64,000 nt of DNA from an uncultured Flavobacteriaceae bacterium (GCA_905381055.1 CAJPUR010000007.1:57705-121704), one strand, 5' to 3'; positions 49,504 through 58,453 are shown, counted from the first letter of the stretch. Translations and numbers: made by a program. The notes: generated from the letters alone by a model not told the origin.

Positions 49504-50328
49504 TTATTCATTTAACCACTTTGGATTTCTTTTTTCTTTATATGCTTTTAAACCCTCTTTTGCATCTTTAGATTTGATTATTTCTTCAAATATTTCATTT
49601 AAAATTTTTTGATCATTGTATTTATTAAGGACTAAATCAAATGCTTTCATACCTATATTTATTGCTTTAGGTGAATTTGAAACTATTTCTTGAGCCAAAT
49701 TGTTTACTTTTAAATCAATATTTTTTGGATTTGCAATCTCTGAAATCAGTCCCCATTTTTTTGCTTTTTTACTTTTAATACTAAGTCCCCTAATACACCA
49801 ATCAAGTAGATTTCTTGAATTTATAACCTTTAAAAGTGAACCCATCACTTGCACTGGAAAAAGACCAAGTCTAACTTCAGGTAATCCAAAACTAATATTA
49901 TCTAATGAGATAACGTAGGTGCTGTTCGCAACAATTAAATGTCCCCCTGCATAAACATCACCAGTTATTTTACTAATAATTGGTTTGTAACATTTGCTAA
50001 ATATTTCACCAATGAGAACTTTTTCTTTTGGTTTTGGAACTGTTGAATTATGAATTTCAACTTTGCCCTTTATTGCATTTAAATCTAGACCTGAACAAAA
50101 AACATCACCATTTGCTTGAATAATAACAACTCTTATAAATTTTGAGAATTTTGCATATTCCATGATTAATGCAATTTCATTTATCATTTGTGGATGTAAT
50201 GCATTTTTTTTATCAGTTCTATTAAGAGTTATTGTTAAAATATGATTTTTAATTTTATAAATTATAAAATGAAAATTGTATGATTTAATTTTGTCTTTTG
50301 TTAATTCTTTTGAGTCAAATAATCTCAT
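49504..50328 (-). CDS. enoyl-CoA hydratase/isomerase (crotonase) family protein
   Basis: Crotonase fold blocks: LNRTDKKNAL, FCSGLDL, GDVYAGG, GLPEVRLGLFP. Confidence 0.8.
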   Translation of the reverse strand: MRLFDSKELTKDKIKSYNFHFIIYKIKNHILTITLNRTDKKNALHPQMINEIALIMEYAKFSKFIRVVIIQANGDVFCSGLDLNAIKGKVEIHNSTVPKPKEKVLIGEIFSKCYKPIISKITGDVYAGGHLIVANSTYVISLDNISFGLPEVRLGLFPVQVMGSLLKVINSRNLLDWCIRGLSIKSKKAKKWGLISEIANPKNIDLKVNNLAQEIVSNSPKAINIGMKAFDLVLNKYNDQKILNEIFEEIIKSKDAKEGLKAYKEKRNPKWLNE

Positions 50329-50604
50329 AAATCAAATTTTTTTAGCTTCTTTAAAATATTGAATGTAAAAGAAAAAAATGTCTTGGGACTCAAATAACAT
50401 ATAATTTATTTTTTTTTATAATTTACGCAAATTTAATAAAACCTGATAATCTTTTTAGCTACCATAATTACAATAAATAATGATTAAGAAAAAATAAAAA
50501 TGTATATATAAATAAACTTTATCTAAATTTTATTGTCTTAGTAATTAGTGCAAAATTTTTTATAACCATGGTGGTATATTTTTATTATTTTAATGCATCT
50601 TTGG

Positions 50605-50612
50605 TATCTTTG
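50605..50612 (+). promoter_or_regulatory. candidate Bacteroidota-type -7 promoter element (TAnnTTTG) for the TonB-dependent receptor
   Basis: TATCTTTG matches the TAnnTTTG consensus known for Bacteroidota sigma-A promoters. I did not find a convincing -33 TTTG element. It would imply a leader of about 115 nt or more. Confidence 0.25.
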
Positions 50613-50735
50613 CTAAATAATATTAACTTGAAATGATTTAAATAACCAAAATTGAATTTTTACATACAATTTTTTTATTGAAATACTACCAAAACTAATC
50701 AAAATAAAAAACCAATTAATTAAAACTAAAACTAT

Positions 50736-53700
50736 ATGAAAACAAATCTATTTAAACGAGGATTAATGTTCATGTCAATGTTATTTTTCGTTAGTTATGT
50801 TCACTCTCAGACAACCGTTAGTGGTTCTGTTAGTGACTCAGAAACACAAGAACCTTTGCCAAGTGCTAATGTTGTAATTCAAGGCACTTCTGTGGGAACT
50901 TTTACAGATTTTGATGGTAATTTCACACTCGATACTGATATAGAACCTCCTTTTTCACTTGAAATAAGTTCAGTAGGGTTTGCTGTTCAAATCATTGAGG
51001 TTACTTCCTCTAATCAATCTGTTAGTGCACAATTAAATTTTGGACAAAATTTACAGGAAATAATTGTTTCAGCATCAAGAAAAAAGCAAAAAATTCAAGA
51101 AGCCCCTGCATCAGTATCAATTATTAGTCAAAGGGAAATTGAAAATTCTTCATCTGTTGTTGACCCAGTTAGGATTTTACAAAACATACCTGGAGTTACA
51201 TTACAACAAAATTCAGCAAACTCTTTAAATTTAGAGATGAGGGCTGGATCAGGTCTTTTTGGTACATCAACTTTTGCTTTACTTGATTATAGATATTTAG
51301 TTACTCCTGCTGCTGGGTCATTTCTAAGTTATCAAAGTGGAATATCAAATTTAGATATTGAAAGAGTAGAGGTGGTTAGAGGTTCAAACTCAGCATTATA
51401 TGGTCCTGGTGTGACTTCTGGAGTCGTTCATTTTTTGTCTAAGAGTGCAATAGATAGACCAGGTACAACAGTTGAATTATTTGCTGGTGAATTAAATACT
51501 TTAGGATATGGTCTTCGTCACGCTTATTCAAACGATTCAAAAACTTTTGGTTATAAAGTAAATATTAATTATAGTAAAGGAGACGATTTTACATTGGATG
51601 TTGTTGAAGATGCTGCTGCTATTGCAGGATATGCTCAAAGTATATATAATCCTGCAATTGGAGCTGATGGTAAAGTTGATGCGCAAACGCTTGGTACTCT
51701 TCTTTTAGGTCCTTCAGATCTTGATCCTGATGGTGATGGTAATCCCTTAATTGATAAGTATAAGAATTATTCAGCCAATGCACATCTTGAATTTAGACCT
51801 AATGATGATGCTGAATATGTTTTGTCAGTAGGTATGGCTAACGGTGGTGGACTATTCTTTAGTGATTTAGGCCCTGGTTACACTCAAGGTAACGATTATT
51901 GGTATCAGGCAAGAATGCAAAGAGGAGGATTGTTTTTTCAGGCTTATCATAATTACAATGATGGAGGTAGTCCCTCTGCACCAACTTTTGTTTATGGTAC
52001 TGGTCTTGCTCAGATTGCTGAACGAAGTAATACTGAAGTTCAACTTCAGTACGCTTTTGATTGGGGAAAGTCAGATTTTATAATTGGTGGTGATTACAGG
52101 AATATTGTTTCTAAATCAAAAAATAGTTTGTATGGAGCTAATGATGCTAATGATCCTTTTAGTATAAGTGGTTTCTATATTCAAGGTGAAACACCATTAT
52201 CTAATAAACTTAGTTTGACATATGCTGGAAGATATGATAAGTTTAATTTTTTAGATGATTCTACTTTTGCGCCAAGAATTGCATTAGTTTATAAAGCTAG
52301 TCCAAAACATACTTTTAGGGCTTCATATAATAAATCAAATGCAAGCGTTTCTGCTTTACAGCAATATGTTGATTTTCCATTGTTGAGAGCTGCAGGAACT
52401 TACGGAGAAAATAATGGTGTTCAAGCATGGCTTTCAGGTCAAGAAAATGATCAAGTTATTACTACTTCACTTCCAATAGAAGTAGTTAATACAAATGGTT
52501 TAGGTCCTAATGGAGGCCCTATTGAGGTTCCTCAAACCACTCCTGGAATTCCTCTTGCTATCCCTTATGGTGCTGTTGCTGGTGGAACCCTTGCAGGTAT
52601 TCCTGCAGCGTTTGGTCCTGGCGAGCCAGCTGAACAACTTGCACCTTTTCAGGATGCCTTTTTAGCTTTCTTTACAGGAAGTCTTCCTCAACTAGGACTC
52701 GGTACGCCTTATGCTGGTCCTGCTGGATTTACAGGTACATTATACCCTTATGCACTTACTGATGGTTTATCTGGTTTTCCTGCTCCATTTGATAGTTCGT
52801 TATGGGGACAAACAAAGGCTCAAATAGTTGATGTTAACTCTTTTGAAATCGGTTATAGTGGTATAATTGGTGAAAAATTAAAAGTTAATATTGATTTCTT
52901 TACTTATAATAGAAAAGGATTTACCAATACGACAAATGTTGGTCCAACTATTGGAGCAATAAATACTGATGTACCTGGTGCATTATCTTCAACTATTTCT
53001 GCAGATGTTTTAAATAGTGCCGCATTACTGGCTGTTGTTACTGGTGGTTTAACGCAGCAATATCAAGGTGTTGCCGCTTTAACAGGTCAAGATGTTGCTA
53101 ATGTAAATGCTGGACTTGTTGAAGGCTTTCCTCCTTTAGCTCTTGCAATAGCAGGTTCTATGGCTGGTTTGGCACAAGTTGCTGAGACAGCATTTACATC
53201 AGCTGGTTTACTATATAATGCAGGGGCAAGAGTCCAAAATGGTTTTCAACCAATTTTTGGAGCTGTCGAATCACCTCAAGCTCCTGATAACGATGGATGG
53301 CTTAACACCGCATTTGGTTATAGAAACTTTGGTAATGCTACAAGAAAACACTGGGGTACAGATATTGAACTTGAATATTTTGCAAGTAGTAAGCTTACAT
53401 ATTTTGCAAACTTTTCATGGGTAAGTAAAAACTGGTGGGCCGTTGGTGACGATGGTATGCCTTTTAGCACCTCTTTAGATTCTCCAATGCACAAGTACAG
53501 AGCGGGAATAGATTATGTTGCTGGAATGGAAGGATTAAGGTTTAGTCTTGCATATCAGTATGATTCTGCTTTTAACTCAGACAGTGCATTATATGGGGGT
53601 GAAGTTCAGGAAAAAAATCTATTTGATATGAATATTGGATGGAAATTTAATGAGAAAATGAGATTTGATATTTCAGGGACAAATATATTTGACAAAAAAT

Positions 53701-53768
53701 ATAGATCTTTCCCAGGAATGCCTGTAATTGGTAGAAGAATGTTAGGTAAAATTACTTATTCATTCTAA
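50736..53768 (+). CDS. TonB-dependent receptor with N-terminal carboxypeptidase-regulatory-like domain (no SusD partner)
   Basis: Signal peptide (..YVHSQ/TT), CarboxypepD_reg-like domain (VSGSVSDSETQEPLPSANVVIQGTSVGTFTDFDGNF), plug (APASVSIISQREIENS), a long beta-barrel and a C-terminal aromatic residue (..KITYSF). Confidence 0.9.
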   Translation: MKTNLFKRGLMFMSMLFFVSYVHSQTTVSGSVSDSETQEPLPSANVVIQGTSVGTFTDFDGNFTLDTDIEPPFSLEISSVGFAVQIIEVTSSNQSVSAQLNFGQNLQEIIVSASRKKQKIQEAPASVSIISQREIENSSSVVDPVRILQNIPGVTLQQNSANSLNLEMRAGSGLFGTSTFALLDYRYLVTPAAGSFLSYQSGISNLDIERVEVVRGSNSALYGPGVTSGVVHFLSKSAIDRPGTTVELFAGELNTLGYGLRHAYSNDSKTFGYKVNINYSKGDDFTLDVVEDAAAIAGYAQSIYNPAIGADGKVDAQTLGTLLLGPSDLDPDGDGNPLIDKYKNYSANAHLEFRPNDDAEYVLSVGMANGGGLFFSDLGPGYTQGNDYWYQARMQRGGLFFQAYHNYNDGGSPSAPTFVYGTGLAQIAERSNTEVQLQYAFDWGKSDFIIGGDYRNIVSKSKNSLYGANDANDPFSISGFYIQGETPLSNKLSLTYAGRYDKFNFLDDSTFAPRIALVYKASPKHTFRASYNKSNASVSALQQYVDFPLLRAAGTYGENNGVQAWLSGQENDQVITTSLPIEVVNTNGLGPNGGPIEVPQTTPGIPLAIPYGAVAGGTLAGIPAAFGPGEPAEQLAPFQDAFLAFFTGSLPQLGLGTPYAGPAGFTGTLYPYALTDGLSGFPAPFDSSLWGQTKAQIVDVNSFEIGYSGIIGEKLKVNIDFFTYNRKGFTNTTNVGPTIGAINTDVPGALSSTISADVLNSAALLAVVTGGLTQQYQGVAALTGQDVANVNAGLVEGFPPLALAIAGSMAGLAQVAETAFTSAGLLYNAGARVQNGFQPIFGAVESPQAPDNDGWLNTAFGYRNFGNATRKHWGTDIELEYFASSKLTYFANFSWVSKNWWAVGDDGMPFSTSLDSPMHKYRAGIDYVAGMEGLRFSLAYQYDSAFNSDSALYGGEVQEKNLFDMNIGWKFNEKMRFDISGTNIFDKKYRSFPGMPVIGRRMLGKITYSF

Positions 53769-53782
53769 TTTAATTAGTTTTT

Positions 53783-53822
53783 AAAAAGGGATTAGGCTTT
53801 TAATAGTTTAATCCCTTTTTTT
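53783..53822 (+). terminator. rho-independent terminator downstream of the TonB-dependent receptor
   Basis: The stem AAAAAGGGATTA (53783-53794) pairs with TAATCCCTTTTT (53809-53820) across a 14-nt loop, followed by further T residues. The flanking A and T runs could allow bidirectional function. Confidence 0.6.
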
Positions 53823-54083
53823 ATTTATAAAAATAAATATCTTTAAAAACATTTACTACTTCATGCGGAAGGAAAAACCGGATTGCCTATGTTATTTCAA
53901 AAATCTTCTTATTACTTAGTTTAAGTGATTATTGCATCAAAAAATGAAAAACTTTTGTAACCTCCCTCTAAAAAATTAAATTCTTTTGGTTAAATTGAAT
54001 TTAAATCTTGTGATATTGAAAATGTTGATAAGATTGAGGAATTAATTTCTATCATTAATAATTTAAATTTAAAAAAATATAAA

Positions 54084-54827
54084 ATGGGGAGATTAGATGG
54101 GCAAGTTGCAATTATCACTGGAGGTGCCAGGGGAATAGGAGAAGGTATTTGTGAAATTTTTTGTAACGAAGGAGCAACCGTGGCTTTATGGGATGTCCTA
54201 GAAATTGGTGATTCCACAGCTAATAGAATTTCATCAAAGGGAGGTTCGATTTTTTTTCAAAAAGTTAATATAACCTCAAAAAATGAAGTAGAAGAGGCAG
54301 TAAAAGAAATAATAATAAAGTATAAAAAAATTGACATCTTAATTAATAATGCTGGTGTAATTAGAGACAGATCATTTATGAAAATGTCTCAACAGGAGTG
54401 GGATACAGTAATTAATATTAATTTAAATTCTCTTTATATCACAACTAAAGCGGTTTTACCTTATATGAAAGAAGCAGGTTATGGAAGAATTATTTCGGCA
54501 TCATCAATTAATGGTTTTCAAGGTGCTTTTGGACAAGTAAATTATGCTGCTACTAAAGCTGGTGTTTCTGGATTTACCAGAGCTCTTTGTAAAGAAGTTG
54601 GACGATATGGAATAACTGTTAATGCAGTTGCTCCTGGATTTATAAAATCAGAAATGTCTGATTCAATGCCCGATGAAGTAATTAAATCTAGTATAGCAAT
54701 GATTCCTGTTGGAAGAATTGGATCTGCTGAAGATATGGGCTATACCTATTTATTTTTAGCTTCCAAAGAAGCAGGTTTTATAAGTGGTACCACTTTACAT
54801 GCTAATGGTGGTGCAATGCCTACATAA
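54084..54827 (+). CDS. short-chain dehydrogenase/reductase, FabG / MFE-2 (3R)-hydroxyacyl-CoA dehydrogenase-like
   Basis: Motifs TGGARGIG, NNAGVIRDRSFMKMSQQEWD and GRIISASSINGFQGAFGQVNYAATKAG. The RDRSF...EWD block is closer to the MFE-2 (HSD17B4) SDR domain than to E. coli FabG, as far as I recall both sequences. Confidence 0.85.
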   Translation: MGRLDGQVAIITGGARGIGEGICEIFCNEGATVALWDVLEIGDSTANRISSKGGSIFFQKVNITSKNEVEEAVKEIIIKYKKIDILINNAGVIRDRSFMKMSQQEWDTVININLNSLYITTKAVLPYMKEAGYGRIISASSINGFQGAFGQVNYAATKAGVSGFTRALCKEVGRYGITVNAVAPGFIKSEMSDSMPDEVIKSSIAMIPVGRIGSAEDMGYTYLFLASKEAGFISGTTLHANGGAMPT

Positions 54828-54828
54828 A

Positions 54829-55602
54829 ATGAAAAAAATAAAAAAAAATTTCAATTTAAATAACAAAGTAGCAGTAATTACTGGATCAAGTAAAGGTATT
54901 GGAGCCTCAATTGCTCAAGCTTATGCTGAATTTGGAGCAAAAGTAATTGTTAGTAGCAGAAAGTCAGCGGATATTGAAAAAGTTGCTGAGGAAATTAAAA
55001 GTCATGGTTATGAGTGTAAAGCAATTCCCTGTCATGTCGGTGATTCAGAGCAAAGAAAGAATTTAATTGAAAAAACTATTGAAATATATGGTTCTATAGA
55101 TATATTAGTTAATAATGCTGCAATAAATCCTGTATCCTCTCAAATTAATTCAGTCGGGTCTGAAGTTTTTGATAAAATTATGGATATTAATGTTAAAGCT
55201 CCTTTTGAACTATCTAACTTATGTTTTCCATATTTTAAAAATAAAGGTAATGGTGTTATTATTAATATAGCTTCAGTTGAGGGTATTAAACCAAGCTATG
55301 GTTTAGGTTTATATGCAGTAAGTAAATCTGCATTAATAATGCTTTCCAAGTGTCAAGGTAATGAATGGGGTAAATTTGGTATAAGATCCAATACAATTTG
55401 TCCTGGATTAATTAAAACAAAGTTAAGTTCAGCATTGTGGAATAATGATTTAGTTATGAAAATGATAAATACTAGGCTCCCATTAAGAAGAATTGGTGAA
55501 CCATCTGAAATTGCTGGTTTAGCTTTATTTCTTGCATCTGACGCTTCCAGTTACTGTAATGGACAATCTTTCACTGCTGACGGTGGATACATGATTATTT
55601 AA
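54829..55602 (+). CDS. short-chain dehydrogenase/reductase, DHRS4-like
   Basis: Motifs VITGSSKGIG, VSSRK, CHVG, ILVNNAAINP, YAVSK and PGLIKT. ATG 54829 lies 1 nt after the preceding stop. The track extension to 54784 is rejected. Confidence 0.85.
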   Translation: MKKIKKNFNLNNKVAVITGSSKGIGASIAQAYAEFGAKVIVSSRKSADIEKVAEEIKSHGYECKAIPCHVGDSEQRKNLIEKTIEIYGSIDILVNNAAINPVSSQINSVGSEVFDKIMDINVKAPFELSNLCFPYFKNKGNGVIINIASVEGIKPSYGLGLYAVSKSALIMLSKCQGNEWGKFGIRSNTICPGLIKTKLSSALWNNDLVMKMINTRLPLRRIGEPSEIAGLALFLASDASSYCNGQSFTADGGYMII

Positions 55603-55618
55603 TACAAAAAACAAACAA

Positions 55619-56131
55619 ATGAATAATAAAAAAGACTTACCATATGGAACCCATCTAACTCATCTTTTTGAATTAAAAGAGTATGTTGGTAAAGAAATTG
55701 GTTTAACTGATTGGAATTTAATGACCCAGGAAAAAATTGATTCTTTTGCCGAGGTTACTGAAGATTTTCAGTGGATTCACCTTGATAAGAAAAGAGCTGC
55801 TAAAGAATCTCCTTATAAAAAAACTATAGCTCATGGGTTTTTAATTCTGTCAATGACATCTAAAATCATATTTGAGGTTTATTCATTTGATGATGTTAAA
55901 ATGGGTATTAATTATGGATTGGATAAAGTTAGATTTCCAAATGCTACTCCTTCAGGTTCATTTTATAGGGGAAGAGTGAGTCTCATCGATTATAATGATA
56001 TCCCTGGAGGCGCAAAATATAAGGTTAAAGTTGTTTTTGAACTAAAGGGTGAGGAAAAACCTGCCTGTGTTGCTGAATTTCTTGCTATTGCATATGCTGA
56101 TCCTTCAAAAAAAAATTATCTGAATAGATAG
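55619..56131 (+). CDS. MaoC family (hot-dog fold) dehydratase / (R)-specific enoyl-CoA hydratase-like
   Basis: 170 aa. The pattern FAEVTEDFQWIHLDKKRAAKESPYKKTIAHGFLILSM matches a hydratase-2 / NodN-like motif. Confidence 0.8.
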   Translation: MNNKKDLPYGTHLTHLFELKEYVGKEIGLTDWNLMTQEKIDSFAEVTEDFQWIHLDKKRAAKESPYKKTIAHGFLILSMTSKIIFEVYSFDDVKMGINYGLDKVRFPNATPSGSFYRGRVSLIDYNDIPGGAKYKVKVVFELKGEEKPACVAEFLAIAYADPSKKNYLNR

Positions 56132-56154
56132 CAAATCAAAAAAAATAATAATTG

Positions 56155-56730
56155 ATGAATTTAATTAGATTTTTAATATTACCATTAATCCTTATAGGAT
56201 GTTCTTCTGAAAAAGGAGTTTCATTAGAAAAAATTGATATTATTACTAATGGTTCGGTAAATATACATTTTCAAAATCAAAGTAAATACAGTGGAAGAAT
56301 TTATAAGAAATCTTCTAAAAACACTTTAATATTAGAATTTAATACTAAAGATGGTTTATATAACGGTATTTACAAAGAATATTTTGAAGATGGTATTTTA
56401 AAAAAAGAATCAAATTATAATTTAGGGGTTTTGCAGGGTAGAGAGAGAAAATTCTTTGCAAATGGAAAGTTATCTGAAGATTTAAATTATAACTTAGGAA
56501 ATTTAAATGGTGTTAGAAATGTTTATTGGATTAATGGAATGATGAAAGAAATCAATAATTTTAAAAATGGAATTTTAGTTGGAGAAACCACTTATTTTTA
56601 TTCAAACGGTAAATTAAGGAAAACTATAAGTTTTGATTTACAGGGGAGAAAAGATGGATTATGGACAAGCTATGATTCTGAAGGAAAAATTACAAAACAG
56701 ACAGAATTTGACAAAGGGAAAGTTAAATAA
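56155..56730 (+). CDS. MORN-repeat-variant (YwqK-like) lipoprotein
   Basis: Lipobox LIGC. Repeated approximately 23-aa G.Y.E(Y)(FY).NG.L units (e.g. YNGIYKEYFEDGILKKESNYNLGVLQGRERKFFANGKL). ATG at 56155. Confidence 0.65.
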   Translation: MNLIRFLILPLILIGCSSEKGVSLEKIDIITNGSVNIHFQNQSKYSGRIYKKSSKNTLILEFNTKDGLYNGIYKEYFEDGILKKESNYNLGVLQGRERKFFANGKLSEDLNYNLGNLNGVRNVYWINGMMKEINNFKNGILVGETTYFYSNGKLRKTISFDLQGRKDGLWTSYDSEGKITKQTEFDKGKVK

Positions 56731-56734
56731 ATAT

Positions 56735-57688
56735 TTAATTTTTAAATGCTTTTAATTTTTTAATTAATTTAGGGACCACTTCAAAAGCATCACCAATTAC
56801 ACCATAATCAGCGGCTTTAAAAAAAGGAGCTTCGGGATCATTATTTACAACAACTTTTACTTTAGAAGAATTAATTCCAGCTATATGCTGAATTGCCCCT
56901 GAAACACCAATTGCAATATATAAATTTGAGGCAACAGGTTTTCCGGTTTGACCTACATGCTCACTATGAGGTCTCCAACCCATATCTGAGACAGGCTTAG
57001 AACATGCAGTTGCAGCACCTAGGACTTCTGCTAAATCTTCAATTAAATGCCAGTTTTCAGGACCTTTTAGTCCTCTACCTCCTGAAATAACAATATCTGC
57101 ATCAGCAATTGTTACTTTACCAGTAATTTTTTCAGTAGAATTAATTTTAATAGTATCTTCAATTAATTCAATTTTTTCGTTTTCAAAAGTAGTTTCAGAT
57201 TGATTTTCATGAACGCCAAAAGCATTATTCGAAAGACCTATGATGTTGATTTCAGAATTTAATTCAGAAAAACTAAAGGCTTTATTTGTGAAGCATGTTC
57301 TTTTGACTACCAAGGGATTGGATGATTTTGGAAGATCAACTACGTTTGGAGAATAACTTGAATCTAGTTCTACAGCCAATAATGGAGCTAGATATCTGCA
57401 ATCTGCACTGCTACTTAAAATAATTATTTTTGATTTTTCTTTTTTTGCAATTTTTGAGATACAATTTGAATAGGTTTTTGCCTTAAAATCTGCCAACGAT
57501 GTATCATTTATTATAATGCTCTTGTCTGCTCCATGTAATGATAGATCCTCAGTATTATCAATATTGAAACTTACACAAACCACCTTTTCATTCATAATTT
57601 TTGAAAGGGCTTTACCATAAGATAAAACTTCTAGAGCATTTTTCTTAAAATTATTATTTTCCGATTCTGTGTAAACGAGTATTGACAT
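56735..57688 (-). CDS. etfA: electron transfer flavoprotein subunit alpha
   Basis: C-terminal FAD-binding block: ADIVISGGRG, GQTGKPVASNLYIAIGVSGAIQHIAG. Confidence 0.9.
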   Translation of the reverse strand: MSILVYTESENNNFKKNALEVLSYGKALSKIMNEKVVCVSFNIDNTEDLSLHGADKSIIINDTSLADFKAKTYSNCISKIAKKEKSKIIILSSSADCRYLAPLLAVELDSSYSPNVVDLPKSSNPLVVKRTCFTNKAFSFSELNSEINIIGLSNNAFGVHENQSETTFENEKIELIEDTIKINSTEKITGKVTIADADIVISGGRGLKGPENWHLIEDLAEVLGAATACSKPVSDMGWRPHSEHVGQTGKPVASNLYIAIGVSGAIQHIAGINSSKVKVVVNNDPEAPFFKAADYGVIGDAFEVVPKLIKKLKAFKN

Positions 57689-57689
57689 A

Positions 57690-58436
57690 TTAAATTACTT
57701 TAGCTTCATTATGAAGTAAATTAATTAATTCATCTACATTATCAGACGGCACTAATTTAACTTCTCCTTTTGGCTTAGGCTTTTCAAATGATTTTATAAT
57801 AGACTTAGCTTGAATATTAATAGGTCTAATAACATCTAAAGGCTTTTGCCTTGCTTGCATAATACCTCTCATATTTGGTATTATTAGGTCTTTCTCCTCA
57901 ACTAAACCTTTTTGTGCACCAATAATAATTGGAAGTTTTGAGGACAAAATTTCTTTACCTCCATCAATCTCTCTGGAAGCCACAGCAATATTTTGATCAA
58001 TTTCAAGTTGAATACAATTTGTTACAAAATTGTAGTTTAATAATCCTGCTAAAATTCCAGGAACCATTCCACCATTATAATCAATTGATTCTCGTCCCGC
58101 AATTATTAAATCATAATTATTTTTTTTACAAATTTCGGAAACTTGATTAGCAACAAAAAATCCATCTGTTGGTATTGCATCAATTCTAATTGCCTTATCA
58201 GCACCAATAGCTAAACACTTTCTCATAATTGGTTCACAGGATGATTCTCCGACAGTAAGCACAGTGACTTTAGCTCCTTTTTTTTGTTGAAACCATATTG
58301 CTCTTGTTAAGCCAAATTCATCGTTGGGATTTATAATATACTGAACACCATTTGTGTCAAATTCAGAATCATTATTTATAAAATTAATTTTCGTAGTAGT
58401 GTCTGGGACATTACTAATACATACTAGAATGTTCAT
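57690..58436 (-). CDS. etfB: electron transfer flavoprotein subunit beta
   Basis: MNILVCISNVPDTTTKI..., a typical ETF-beta N-terminus of 248 aa from ATG 58436. The track extension to 58595 overlaps the SCP2 gene and is rejected. Confidence 0.9.
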   Translation of the reverse strand: MNILVCISNVPDTTTKINFINNDSEFDTNGVQYIINPNDEFGLTRAIWFQQKKGAKVTVLTVGESSCEPIMRKCLAIGADKAIRIDAIPTDGFFVANQVSEICKKNNYDLIIAGRESIDYNGGMVPGILAGLLNYNFVTNCIQLEIDQNIAVASREIDGGKEILSSKLPIIIGAQKGLVEEKDLIIPNMRGIMQARQKPLDVIRPINIQAKSIIKSFEKPKPKGEVKLVPSDNVDELINLLHNEAKVI

Positions 58437-58453
58437 TTTTAAATTATAATTTT

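Noticed and set aside
50329-50735. Possible cobalamin, TPP or other riboswitch upstream of the TonB-dependent receptor.
   Set aside because: I could not find a B12 box, the CUGAGA TPP core or any GC-rich helical core. The region is almost pure A/T. It is kept only as an unexplained long spacer, not as a riboswitch.
50736-53768. Higher G+C of the receptor gene as evidence of horizontal transfer or a genomic island.
   Set aside because: There are no flanking mobility genes, tRNA junctions or direct repeats. The bias is towards T-ending Gly/Ala/Pro/Thr codons, and the protein is Gly/Ala-rich. This fits amino-acid composition and high expression better than foreign origin. A whole-genome codon analysis would be needed to decide.
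53863-53919. 18-codon ORF (MRKEKPDCLCYFKNLLIT) on a small GC-richer patch (catgcggaaggaaaaaccggattgcc) in the 315-nt spacer after the receptor terminator. An imperfect inverted repeat AATCTTGTGA-N12-TGATAAGATT also lies at about 54013-54044.
   Set aside because: It is too short, and I cannot evaluate any conservation or ribosome-binding signal. The hairpin potential is only 3 bp and the inverted repeat matches 8 of 10. It could be a degraded gene remnant or promoter/operator DNA for the SDR operon, but the sequence alone does not support a call.
53990-54217. 75-aa minus-strand ORF spanning the start of the first SDR gene.
   Set aside because: It is antisense to the TGGARGIG Rossmann motif region of a strongly supported SDR and has no recognisable features.
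56155-56730. The YwqK-family 'antitoxin' as part of a toxin-antitoxin or defence system.
   Set aside because: There is no adjacent toxin-like ORF, and both neighbours are metabolic genes at 4-20 nt distance. The protein has a lipoprotein signal peptide, which is incompatible with a cytoplasmic antitoxin role.
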